Shown here piece after piece: positions 1 through 9,511 of a stretch of DNA of 64,000 nt. The position numbers and the translations under genes were made by a program. Position 1 is the first letter of the stretch, and each line of letters opens with the position of its first letter. This DNA comes from Candidatus Latescibacterota bacterium (GTDB lineage: Bacteria; Latescibacterota; UBA2968; GCA-2709665), in the NCBI GenBank assembly GCA_963662665.2, contig CAXXJS010000061.1:96001-160000 (forward strand). Reading direction: 5' to 3'. Under the pieces are notes generated by a model that had not been told where the DNA came from, made no database searches, and saw only the letters and a list, made by a program, of their open reading frames with translations.

Positions 1-1
1 A

Positions 2-145
2 GCGGCGTTTGGTGATGCGGAGATGATTTCGGCGATGCTAGACGCCGGCGCAGATAAATCAATCTCAACCTCGGAGGATAAACTCGCCGTTGACTACGCG
101 ATGGAGAACAATCGACCTGAAGATATCATCGAAATGATCGCTTAG
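2..145 (+). CDS. 3' end of an ankyrin-repeat protein (truncated by window start)
   Basis: Frame 2 reads AAFGDAEMISAMLDAGADKSISTSEDKLAVDYAMENNRPEDIIEMIA-stop, an ankyrin-like repeat; TAG at 143-145. Confidence 0.7.
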   Translation, partial: AAFGDAEMISAMLDAGADKSISTSEDKLAVDYAMENNRPEDIIEMIA

Positions 146-172
146 CGGCCAAGATCAGTGTCCCTCGCACGT

Positions 173-256
173 CACATAACACGTCCGTGCCCGGCTTCGG
201 CCTGCGCCCTTCGCCCAAACGCTGCGCGGTTCGGGCACGGCGAAAACGTCAGCTGC
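173..256 (+). other. Degenerate attC-like integron cassette recombination site A
   Basis: Starts with CACATAAC (R''-like) 28 bp after a stop codon. Inner inverted repeat CG(T)CCGTGCCCG / CGGGCACGGCG has one unpaired base. Ends GTCAGCTGC (R'-like). Confidence 0.55.
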
Positions 257-269
257 AATTTGCGACAGT

Positions 270-304
270 AAAACTGGCGGCCCCGCAATGGGACCGCCAG
301 TTTT
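270..304. terminator. Bidirectional intrinsic terminator
   Basis: AAAACTGGCGG-CCCCGCAATGGGA-CCGCCAGTTTT hairpin with A and T tracts, between convergent genes. Confidence 0.7.
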
Positions 305-323
305 CGATTGCATTCCCTTCTGA

Positions 324-1788
324 CTAAGCCGATAAAGGCTCTTCGCTTGTCTTCCCTCCGTGTCTACCAAACAAAGCGATGATCTTGTCGTATTCCTTCT
401 GCTCATTAGATGTTTCATAGGGATTTGCGGTATATGGCCCATCGGCCCCCTTCTCGAGTGCCCGATCCAAAGGCGTCTTACCCGCTTCGTCCAACGCGTT
501 CACGTCCGCACCACGCTCTATCAGTAGCTCTATCACGCCTGTGTTGTCGCTGGTGAATGGCATCCTGACAGCCGCGTGAAGTACGGTATGGTCAAACTGA
601 GGTGCGTCGTTTCGACCTCCGGATCGGACATTGGGGTTTGCGCCATGATCCAATAGAAAGCGGAGGAACGTCACACTTCCGTTGGCCGCTGGGATGAATA
701 TGGCCTCTCCACGAATCCTGGCTCCGTGTTCCAACAGAATCCGGGCTACATCAACTCTCTCGCCCCAGGCGGCCCACTCCAACGGAGTATGCCCCTTGGA
801 ATTGTCGTGGGCCAGTTTAGGATCTTTCGCAAGCAAGTCATTGACCCGGTCCGTCATGCCCAGTATGGAAGCAATCGTAATGTCGACGTCTGCTCCCTTA
901 TCTAACAGCAGTTGCCGGGTTTCCTGACTTCCCGCTTCGATTGCGTAATGTAGCGGTGTCCGGTTCGATCCGCACCGAGCGTTAATTTTCGCTCCTTGTT
1001 CAAGGAGAAACTCAACGGCGCCTGTATGACCGTGCCAAGCTGCTATATGCAGAGGTTTCCAGCCCCGTGCCTGTTCGGGATACGAGTCTGACAGAGGTGC
1101 ATCAGATTCGACCAGGCCCGGGTTGCGGGCAAGGAGAGCTGCGAGCCTGGAGAGATCGCCCGCTTCTGTCGCCCGGATTATCTCCATCGCCTCGTTGGCG
1201 AATCTATCGTATCTGGAAGGCCGATAACCCTCAAGCGTATCATCCACCATCCTTATTATCCTTTCCTCAAGCCGCTTCCGGGACCTCTGTGGCCGTTTAT
1301 TCACCGTTGGCAGAGACAGGTCCAGGAATTCGGCTATTTTCTTTTGAGAGAATTCAGTCAATTAGAACGGCACCGTGGCAATCCGCTTGTGCTCATGGGA
1401 GTCTGGAAAGCCGCGTGAACCAATGCCTGCGTTTCCTGAGTTTCTATCGGTTCCGTCTGGTCCGGACCATCTGTGGAAACGCTCACTGCGCCCCCAAGCG
1501 GCTTGAACGCGAGACGGCGAGTCTGGTTGAGCGGAGTGCCTTCCGTATCACCATTCGCTTAAATCACGCGGGAAACGCGTCGGGCGCTTCAGATTTTCCG
1601 AGATCGGTGTACGCGGTAAGGAACGCATCCTGTGAAACGTCCTGAGCGAGATGAAAATTACCCAAAATCCCGTACGCGCATCCGTAAGCCAGGTCTTGAA
1701 ACCGACGTACCAGACACTCAAACGCGGCAGGCCGCTTCGTCGGGTCACCGTCGGAGGCCGCCCTGACAAGGTCGCAACTTGACTGCAT
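324..1788 (-). pseudogene. Disrupted ECF sigma-70 factor fused to C-terminal ankyrin repeats
   Basis: Region 2 (AFECLVRRFQDLAYGCAYGILGNFHLAQDVSQDAFLTAY) ends at TGA 1564-1566, where a Trp is expected (FPAW). Further frameshifts follow, then region 4 (SQKKIAEFLDLSLPTVNKR..RSRKRL) and ankyrin repeats (PLHIAAWHGH, TPLHYA, TPLEWAA) in ORF 324..1361. Confidence 0.8.
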
Positions 1789-1976
1789 ATCATGTTCCTT
1801 CACCAGGGAGAATTTGCTCGAAGGCCTTCGATAGAAGGTGTCATTCAGGTTCGGAAAGGTGACAGAAAACTTGGAGAAAGGCGGATTTCCACCTATCTTT
1901 TTCAGGAGAAATATAACACCGCTCACCCTTTTCTGACATCGGACCTTTTGCGGGGTGCCCCTCCAGGTCGCAAACA

Positions 1977-2122
1977 GCAGCTAACACGAGCACCCACGGC
2001 TTCGGCGCGTTCGCGCCTGCGCTGAAACCTGCCACCCGCGTAGCTGATCTGCAACTATGGGGATCCATTGACTGCATTCGCGATGGGTCGGCAGGTTCGC
2101 CGGTGCCGAGAACGCTACATGA
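1977..2122 (+). other. Degenerate attC-like site B
   Basis: Starts GCAGCTAAC. Arms CG(A)GCACC/GGTGCCG and AACCTGCC/GGCAGGTT. Ends GCTACATGA, 24 bp before the next start codon. Confidence 0.6.
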
Positions 2123-2146
2123 AATGCAAAAAACATTGAGGTTAGC

Positions 2147-2485
2147 GTGGACGTAAAGGCAAAGTTGATAAAGCTCAAGGAGAATTCGGAGGATGGCGTG
2201 GCAGCATGGGCAAGCGCCATCAACGGGCGCAAGGACGAAGCATTGGCTACGTTACGCGACGAAGGAATGAAAGTCGAGTCCTGGTTCCTGCTGACTTTAG
2301 ATGACGGAGTATATCTCCTCTCGTACATGCGATCCGAAGACTTAGAGCGCGCCCATGAGGTCTTCAGGCAGTCGAAACATGAGATTGATACCTTCCACCA
2401 ACAGTTCAAAAAGGATAACTGGGTGCGTGGATCGACGACAGAGTTGGAACTCCTTGTAGATCTCGCGGTAGATGAAGACAAGTGA
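2147..2485 (+). CDS. Small hypothetical protein, DUF6176-like
   Basis: 112 aa, GTG start with GAGG RBS; EALATLRDEGMKVESWFL...SKHEIDTFHQQFK pattern recalled for this family. Confidence 0.65.
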   Translation: MDVKAKLIKLKENSEDGVAAWASAINGRKDEALATLRDEGMKVESWFLLTLDDGVYLLSYMRSEDLERAHEVFRQSKHEIDTFHQQFKKDNWVRGSTTELELLVDLAVDEDK

Positions 2486-2503
2486 TTGAATTGGTTGGGC
2501 ACA

Positions 2504-2604
2504 TCATGTAACACATCGGTGTTGCGCTTCGGTGCTGATCGCTCGTTGACCTCCGGCAAACCCTCGACATGCTACGGCTTCGCAAACCGTGGAAACGATT
2601 TATG
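2504..2604 (+). other. Degenerate attC-like site C
   Basis: TCATGTAAC 18 bp after the stop codon. Arms CGGT(G)TTGCG / CGCAAACCG with one unpaired base. Right core is decayed (GATTTATG). Confidence 0.45.
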
Positions 2605-2804
2605 AATCGGGAAAGGGAACAGGGCCCGTTCGGTAACTTTGACAAAACAAGAAAGGACGGTCTCAAATGGTGATGGATGCCCGACAAATCTTGACAAAGC
2701 CATTTGAGAGCGAGGATCAAGACGCTGTCCGTAGTCTAATCTTAGCTGTACTTGCCGAACACTGGGAAATCGTAAGCAGCCGCTGCGTAGACGTGTTTTG
2801 AATT

Positions 2805-3863
2805 ATGTTTGTCGTCAATCTCACAGACGCACAGCTTGAATCCTACAGGTTGATCAGGGGGAGCTTTACAAACTTCGACTGGACCTTTCTGGGTCGGCGG
2901 CGGACCTTCGGATTCTACGGACGACTCAGGGTGGACGAAGCAGGAAGCGTCGATTTACTCGATCTTTGCGTGGCTTGCTCGGGAAAACATGAGAATGATG
3001 AGCTGGATGACGAGGTCGAACGCCTTGGACGGAAGTTGCGTTCCGGATCGACAGCGTCCGGTTCCGGAACTGCCGATTTCGGAGTTGAACTGTTCTCCTG
3101 CGAGACCGAACGCGGAACCAGGGCGAGTCACCTTATACTTACCCTTGGAGACTCGGAAGACCTGAAAGAAGCCTACTTCAGTCGATTCGAGCCAAAGGGG
3201 GAGGAACCGGAAGATCCGTTTGCCGCGAGAACCGAGTACTATCCGGTCAGCGCAAAAGCGTGTCCGGAAGCGGCAAGACGCATTTCGGTCCCGGAACTGC
3301 AGTCACTCGTGTACCAGAACCCGGTGATCGCCCTCACGGGCGCGGGAATTTCCACAGTGAGCGGCATCCCAAGCTTCAGAGGTCCGGACGGTCTGGAGCG
3401 CCACTTCCCGCTGCATGAACCGTTTCCCGGCGCCGTCGCGGGCTTCATGATCGAAAAACCCCGGGAACTCGCAAGGATTCTGGCGAGATTTCAAGCCGCG
3501 TTCATCCAGGCGGAACCGAATGTCGCCCACCGGTCTCTTGCGAGGCTGGAGGCGAGAGGCTGCGTTCGCCGCGTAATCACAGGGAATGGAGACAGGCTCC
3601 ACGAGAGGGCGGGATCTGTGAACGTCCACATGAAGAATCCGGATGACTTCAAACCGGGAGCGAGAGGATGGGAGTGGTTCAAGCAGGGAGACGTTCTCCT
3701 GGCGATCGGGCTTGGAAGAGACGAACACGGTCTAATCAGCTATTCGCGTGACAATGGCATGAAAGTCGCCGCCATCTCTCCTGATCGGCCGGAGTTTCTG
3801 CACGAGGAGGACCTGTATGTGGGTGGGAAGGCGGAAGACGTGTTACCCCGTCTCGCCGGTTGA
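2805..3863 (+). CDS. Sir2/sirtuin-family protein with ~160-aa unknown N-terminal domain
   Basis: TGAGISTVSGIPSFRG, EPNVAHRSLA, ITGNGDRLHERAG and GKAEDVLP sirtuin motifs. Confidence 0.8.
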   Translation: MFVVNLTDAQLESYRLIRGSFTNFDWTFLGRRRTFGFYGRLRVDEAGSVDLLDLCVACSGKHENDELDDEVERLGRKLRSGSTASGSGTADFGVELFSCETERGTRASHLILTLGDSEDLKEAYFSRFEPKGEEPEDPFAARTEYYPVSAKACPEAARRISVPELQSLVYQNPVIALTGAGISTVSGIPSFRGPDGLERHFPLHEPFPGAVAGFMIEKPRELARILARFQAAFIQAEPNVAHRSLARLEARGCVRRVITGNGDRLHERAGSVNVHMKNPDDFKPGARGWEWFKQGDVLLAIGLGRDEHGLISYSRDNGMKVAAISPDRPEFLHEEDLYVGGKAEDVLPRLAG

Positions 3864-4053
3864 GTGGCGACAATTTTTCGGCACGGGACACTGGGCCATT
3901 GGATTGCTTGAAGGGACTTTTTCCATTCGGGTATGGGACCGTGAATGAAATAGACTCTGACGGGAAGGTTGTTACAGTGTCTGAAGATATTGTCGGAATT
4001 CCCGATTGACGGTGATTCCGAATGCATTGGACGAAACTCTCGGGAGGCGCGCG

Positions 4054-4461
4054 GTGAAACAACAACTGGAAAGCGTAAGACGTTTTCATGAGGTCTTTCA
4101 GGTAAACATCGAGCGCACGCCTACCGCAAGACTGCCTGCGGAGATAACCGAATGGCGTATCAAGATGTTATTGGAGGAGCTGGACGAGTATCGAGAGGCC
4201 GTGAAAAACCGCGACGTCGTCGAGATCGCAGACGCCCTTACAGACATGCTTTACGTACTGCTGGGTACGTTCATCGCTCATGGGCTGCAGGATATTGCCG
4301 AAGAGCTCTTTGATGAAGTCCACCGAAGCAACATGAGCAAGCTGGATGAGCAGGGTAAGCCAATTTTCAGGGCGGACGGCAAAGTGCGGAAGTCAGGTAG
4401 GTTTAGAGATCCGGATTTGCGACCCATCATAGCGAAAACCGGGCAAGCTGAGCCAAGTTGA
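4054..4461 (+). CDS. All-alpha NTP pyrophosphohydrolase (MazG-like/PRA-PH family)
   Basis: EELDEY..EIADALTDMLYV..EVHRSNMSKL..GKPIFRADGKV; GGAGG RBS before GTG 4054. Confidence 0.85.
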   Translation: MKQQLESVRRFHEVFQVNIERTPTARLPAEITEWRIKMLLEELDEYREAVKNRDVVEIADALTDMLYVLLGTFIAHGLQDIAEELFDEVHRSNMSKLDEQGKPIFRADGKVRKSGRFRDPDLRPIIAKTGQAEPS

Positions 4462-4503
4462 ATGGACTCGCGTATCCAGAAGAGCGCCAACGACGCCTGG
4501 AAG

Positions 4504-4688
4504 GTGGAGCGGACATTCTTGTCTGCTCACACACGTCTACCCGAATAATGGGAATCCTGCGTCAGGAGACGCCAGGACTCGCTGCCGTCTCCTCCACTAG
4601 AAAAAGGCCGGCGCTATCTACTGGATCACTTCTGTCGACATTCCGACAGAAGGACGATTAGAAGGGCAGACAGGAATGTCTGCCCCAC
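4504..4688. repeat. Inverted pair of GTGG-type REP palindromes (REPIN/BIME-like)
   Basis: GTGGAGCGGACATTCTTGTCTGCT (4504-4527) and inverted GGGCAGACAGGAATGTCTGCCCCAC (4664-4688), with an internal hairpin CTTCTGTCG/CGACAGAAG. Confidence 0.6.
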
Positions 4689-4728
4689 CTTCAGACAGCA
4701 ATCCTCAACGGCACGACGAGCCAATGTG

Positions 4729-5404
4729 CGGGTATCAGAAATCCTGCCCTCGAGTTCAACTTCGGCGAATGGGGAGGAGAGATCTGGCGCTACGGGGACG
4801 AATTTTCAGTATTTCGAAAGGCTCTTTGGAATGAGTACCGGGACGCAAGGGGACTTCATGGGCCACCGTGGGAGTCTGTTCATCTCCTTCGCAGCCTGCA
4901 GGAACTCATTTGGACGATGACTGCACGAAAGACCATTGGACGCGGAGGAGAATCATATGAATCCGAAGTGGAACGTCTGCTTCGGACATTAGAAAGAGAC
5001 GACGGAAGCGCTTTGAGCTCAAGGGGATAGGGTGTACGCCAACCAACGGCAGGTTTTTTGCGCTTTGCTCTCGGAGTTCATCCCGTGCTTGGCGAAGGGT
5101 TCCGCGGCCTTTGGGCAACCTTTCGACGACCTGAGTTGAGGCTCAGGGTGAAGACTCAGTGGTCGTGTGTGCGGTTGCAATTGCGATTGGTTGGGCATAA
5201 TTGGTGGAGAATTGAGACAACTATGCGTATTCGGGAGTTCGATTAATCTGATGCTGAATGTCTCGTCGAGATCCTGAGACTGCACAGTCAATATTCGCGT
5301 GCCGAGGTCGAAGGTCCGGCCGCTATGGAAAGATTCGCTCGATGCGACGCCGCTCTCTTCCTCGTCGCCGTGGAAGGAGGTCGACCAATGGGATTCTTGA
5401 GCGC
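4729..5404 (+). pseudogene. Decayed partial duplicate of the phosphotransferase 3' end and GNAT 5' end found at ~7472-8122
   Basis: 4729-5016 aligns to the 3' end of 6725..7759. 5185-5404 aligns to 7902-8122, with TCA>TAA at 5244-5246. Confidence 0.85.
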
Positions 5405-5511
5405 TTGATGTTTGCCCGAGATTGTCCTGGCCCCGGCAGGGTGTCACCGGTTAACGCGTGATCCGGGTTCAAATGAAGATGAATCGCATCGTCTCATAGG
5501 GGAATTCACGA

Positions 5512-6573
5512 ATGGAGCTATCGGATCCAACCACCGATGCGAAGCAAATCACGCCACCAGAACTGACCGAAAGACTGGTTCGGAACGGTATCATACGATC
5601 CGGACGGGTTATATCGGTCGAAAAGACGGATTCCTTTGAAACTTCCGCCGCAGAGTGGGACCGGCTCACCGTTGAATTCAGCGATGATTACGATGGCGAT
5701 GTATCGGACGCAATAGTCCTGAAGGTTTTCAGAAAAGGATGGTTTGGGGGTGGCGTGCTTGAGTGGGCATTTTACAACGAACTTGCGCCAAGTACACCCG
5801 GGGCGCATGTCTGCCCCGTCTATGACGGCGGAATCGACCATGAAAATAAGATTTGCCACCTTATAATGGCCGACCTTTCCAGGACACACACCGAACCGCC
5901 AATGAACGCGAAAGATCGCCCCCACGACCAGGTCGTCGCGGAATTGCTCAAATACCACGTTCGGTGGTGGAACCATCCACGGCTGGAAACATGGTCCTTT
6001 TACGCCCGACACGGCGGACCGCTAAGGATGGCGCAGGCCATCGCGGAAGCGGACGTCCGGGCGAATTGTCGCGCGTTCGAACCTGCGCTTGAGGATTTCG
6101 TAAAAGACGCTGGCGACGAACTGCAACCTTCATGGATCGAAACAGCCGGACGGGTGATCGCGGAATATCCCGAGGTATTTTTGGCGCGTGTTTCAAGCGG
6201 TCAGAATATTACGCTTCTACACGGCGACGCCCATGTGTGGAATCTCTTCTACCCGAAGAATGCTACGACCGATAGGCTTATCCTGTTTGACTGGGAGACG
6301 TATAAGCGGGGCATCGGCGCCTATGACCTTGCCTATCTGCTGGTTCATGGAACAAGCGGGCGACGACGAATTGAGAGCGAACTGATGAACCAGTATTACG
6401 ATGGGCTGATTGCCGGCGGCATCGGCAACTATTCCCGTGACGAATTCGAATACGATTTCCGTCTTTCGATCATTTCGTGCATCTTTTGTCCGCTGATCTG
6501 GAAGCGAGTGATTTCGATGAAATTCGCTATGGAAGCCTACGAGGATTGGGGTTGCGAGGAACTCCTGAAATAG
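5512..6573 (+). CDS. APH/choline-kinase-like phosphotransferase
   Basis: TLLHGDAHVWN, LFDWE and DLAYLL motifs. Confidence 0.85.
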   Translation: MELSDPTTDAKQITPPELTERLVRNGIIRSGRVISVEKTDSFETSAAEWDRLTVEFSDDYDGDVSDAIVLKVFRKGWFGGGVLEWAFYNELAPSTPGAHVCPVYDGGIDHENKICHLIMADLSRTHTEPPMNAKDRPHDQVVAELLKYHVRWWNHPRLETWSFYARHGGPLRMAQAIAEADVRANCRAFEPALEDFVKDAGDELQPSWIETAGRVIAEYPEVFLARVSSGQNITLLHGDAHVWNLFYPKNATTDRLILFDWETYKRGIGAYDLAYLLVHGTSGRRRIESELMNQYYDGLIAGGIGNYSRDEFEYDFRLSIISCIFCPLIWKRVISMKFAMEAYEDWGCEELLK

Positions 6574-6606
6574 CGCGTAACTTACTACCTGCCAACGAAA
6601 TGCCAT

Positions 6607-6636
6607 TTGACTTCGCATCCGGGCTTAGTGTAGAAT
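6607..6636 (+). promoter_or_regulatory. Candidate sigma70 promoter
   Basis: TTGACT-18 bp-TAGAAT upstream of 6725. Confidence 0.4.
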
Positions 6637-6724
6637 ATTTGGGCGGTGTGGAGAACCTGAAACGACAGCGAGAAGGAACATTGGCAAAAGCGGACGTGGT
6701 CGTCCCAATTCGGTTCACCCGGAT

Positions 6725-7759
6725 ATGAAAGCCTCTGCCGCACTCGAAGCCATCCTGATCAGGCCTCACCTCGATCGTTTCTGCGAGGAGTTCGGACTGA
6801 CGCCGGTAGAGCTTGAACCCGACTTTACGGGCTGGTCGAAGCATATCATCAAGTCTCCGGATCTCGTCTTTCTGTTTCCCCGACATCCCAGGTATCAGAG
6901 TCAACTGAATACCGAGCTAAAACTGTATAAGCTGTTGAATGCCGGGGACGGGCTGCCGGTACCCCGTTTCGTCAGGTCAGTCGATGATTGCGAATTGAGC
7001 ACTTACCCTTTCGGGGTTGTCACGCGCCTGAATGGGGTGTTGCTCGGCACGATCGAACGATCCTTGCGTTCGATAGATTATGAGCAGGTCCTCCGTTCGG
7101 TTGGACGGCTGGCAGGAATCTGGCATAGCCTTCAATTGGGCCCGAAAACAGTCTTTCTGAAACCTTTGTCTCACGATCTCGACGGCGATCATGCCGACTC
7201 GTATCGATGGATGTACGGGGCGCTGCGATCCGGTTCGCCGGGCGAAGTGCCGGGATTGATCGCTTCATTGGTTCGTGAATTGACTGCCGAGGGCGACACG
7301 GCGGTATTTGGAGAGCTGATTTCCGAAACGAGTTTTGGTAAGTGGCAACGGGCGTTGTCAGAGCTTGCCGGCATGGACAATGTGCTTCTTCACGGCGATA
7401 TCCACGAAGACCAGATCCTGGTCCGGTCGGACCGGGACCTGGAAGTGACAGGGATCCTGGATTGGGGAAACGCAGGTGTCGGAAACCCGGTCCTCGAATT
7501 CAACTTTGGCGAATGGGGAGGAGAGATCTGGCGTTACCGGGACGGATTCTCAGTATTTCGAAGGGCTCTTTGGAGCGAGTATCTGGACGCAAGGGGACTT
7601 CATGGGCCGCCGTGGGAGTCTGTTCATCTTCTTTACTGCCTGCAGGAGCTTATTTGGACAATGACTGCACGAAAGTCCATCGGGCACGGAGGCGGATCGT
7701 ACGAGTCCGAAGTCAGGAGGCTGCTTCGGACATTGCAGGAGACGACGGAAGCGCTATGA
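6725..7759 (+). CDS. Aminoglycoside-phosphotransferase-like kinase
   Basis: LPVPRF, LLHGDIHEDQILV and GILDWG motifs. Confidence 0.85.
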   Translation: MKASAALEAILIRPHLDRFCEEFGLTPVELEPDFTGWSKHIIKSPDLVFLFPRHPRYQSQLNTELKLYKLLNAGDGLPVPRFVRSVDDCELSTYPFGVVTRLNGVLLGTIERSLRSIDYEQVLRSVGRLAGIWHSLQLGPKTVFLKPLSHDLDGDHADSYRWMYGALRSGSPGEVPGLIASLVRELTAEGDTAVFGELISETSFGKWQRALSELAGMDNVLLHGDIHEDQILVRSDRDLEVTGILDWGNAGVGNPVLEFNFGEWGGEIWRYRDGFSVFRRALWSEYLDARGLHGPPWESVHLLYCLQELIWTMTARKSIGHGGGSYESEVRRLLRTLQETTEAL

Positions 7760-7939
7760 GCTTGGGGAGATACTTGCACGTTCTCCATCGACCCTGTGCA
7801 CAGCGTGCCGCCGTCCAGACCTGGTTTCCGGGAACCCTCCGACAGGCGCAGGGCGGGGCTAAGGCGCAGGCTCCGCGGTCTCCCACAGGGTTCGCGGTCG
7901 TGATTGGCTGGTCATAATTGGTGGAAAATTGGGGAAACT

Positions 7940-8341
7940 ATGCGTATTCGGGAGTTCGATTCATCCGATGCCGAATGTCTCGTCGAGATCTTACGACAGA
8001 ACGGCCAATATTCGAGAGCGGAGGTCGAAGGTCCGGCTGCCATGGAGAGATTCGCTCTGTGCGACGCGGCTCTCTTTCTAGTCGCCGTGGAAGGAGGTCG
8101 ACCGATGGGATTCCTGCGCGCCGTGTATGACGGCTCAAGAGCTATTGTACACCTTCTTTCGGTGCATCCTGCATGTCATAGTAGAGGTATCGGTTCAGAC
8201 CTGCTTACCGCTGCACAGACGGAGCTACGGCGTCGTGGCGCTCCTTCACTGAGTGTGACTGTAACCGAGGAGAGTGCAGGCTTCTGGGAGAAACACGGGT
8301 TTAGCCGGTTACCGGTATTTTTAATGCTCAAGGAATTCTGA
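7940..8341 (+). CDS. GNAT acetyltransferase
   Basis: LSVHPACHSRGIGSDLL motif A; FWEKHGF. Confidence 0.85.
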   Translation: MRIREFDSSDAECLVEILRQNGQYSRAEVEGPAAMERFALCDAALFLVAVEGGRPMGFLRAVYDGSRAIVHLLSVHPACHSRGIGSDLLTAAQTELRRRGAPSLSVTVTEESAGFWEKHGFSRLPVFLMLKEF

Positions 8342-8886
8342 CTATACTGAGTTGACCAATACCGACCAACACGCCCGTACGTGGTACCTCTCTGATATGT
8401 TTCGGGATGCCCATCCAGGTTCGGGAGGATATTCGACATCGCAGTCAACCGTGCAGGAGATGGAGTGGCGAATTTCGCCGACGATGTGTGCGATATCCTT
8501 GAGAAGATGGGGTTATGTGACTCCTATCCGGAGAGGGTCGAGCCAATCCGTAAGAAAAACGGTAACCACCTCTATCGGATCGCGCTTGTGGGTTCAACTT
8601 ACATCCGGTAGCTGCGGATGCATTCCGGTCTGCATACGGTGAGACCGATCCAGGTGAGAAGGTCCTGGACGAATTGATGGCTCCTCTCTGTGTTCTGGTT
8701 GAAGCCTTTCGTCGGCCGAGATTTCCTTCCTGGGCGGAGGAAAGTCTTGAACTTGCAAAAAGTGGAGAAATTCACAGCAGGTTTGAACGGGTTTTGGAGA
8801 TTCTGTGAGAGTAACCTTGGGATAGATCCTATCGACAAGCGTTGAGGCGCACGACGCGTCGCCGGATGACCAGACGCAGGCTGAAC

Positions 8887-9444
8887 ATGGACCGTACGGA
8901 CTTCGACACGCTCATCTCGAAATACCCTGTCCTGAGTGAGGAACAGGGGCAGTTGCGCCCCAAAGTGCACTTCCGAGGATTCGAAAGTGAACCGGCTTCG
9001 ACTATCTGCGGCGCATCCTATGTCATCCCATTCCTCACGGACAGTCACTGTCTCGTGACGAGGCGGGCGAACGGAAAATGGGTCCTGCCGGGGGGTACTC
9101 TCGAACCCGGCGAGAATTGGGAGGAGGCCGGTCGCCGCGAACTATTGGAGGAAACAGGGAGCATTCTGTCGAAACTCCAACCGATCGGGATGTATCACTG
9201 CGTTTCCCGAGACGACCGCCCCAGGTTGCCCCACTTTCCGCACCCGGCGCATGTGCGGGTCGTATCGTGGGCGAATGTAATTGGCGAAATCGAGGACAGA
9301 GCCGATCCGGATCCGAACAGCAGGATTGTGGACGTTCGGACCGTCCATTTCAGACAGGCGGCAGAGCTGTTCGGGCCGGAGTCTGCGGACTTCGGGGAAC
9401 TCTACCGATTCGCTTATGATATGAAGCGGACTCGTCGGGCGTGA
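8887..9444 (+). CDS. NUDIX hydrolase
   Basis: Nudix box GGTLEPGENWEEAGRRELLEETG. Confidence 0.9.
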   Translation: MDRTDFDTLISKYPVLSEEQGQLRPKVHFRGFESEPASTICGASYVIPFLTDSHCLVTRRANGKWVLPGGTLEPGENWEEAGRRELLEETGSILSKLQPIGMYHCVSRDDRPRLPHFPHPAHVRVVSWANVIGEIEDRADPDPNSRIVDVRTVHFRQAAELFGPESADFGELYRFAYDMKRTRRA

Positions 9445-9511
9445 AGGTCAAAGACGGCGGCCTTACCCCACCAGTGGCCAGGCGACCCGCCCCCTGGAGC
9501 TCAGGGTCTGA

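Noticed and set aside
1564-1566. TGA read-through or recoding in the sigma gene
   Set aside because: Further frameshifts follow, and TGA is a normal stop throughout the window.
5512-7759. Antibiotic-resistance calls for APH-like, GNAT and Eis-like genes
   Set aside because: Only superfamily motifs are visible; substrates cannot be inferred.
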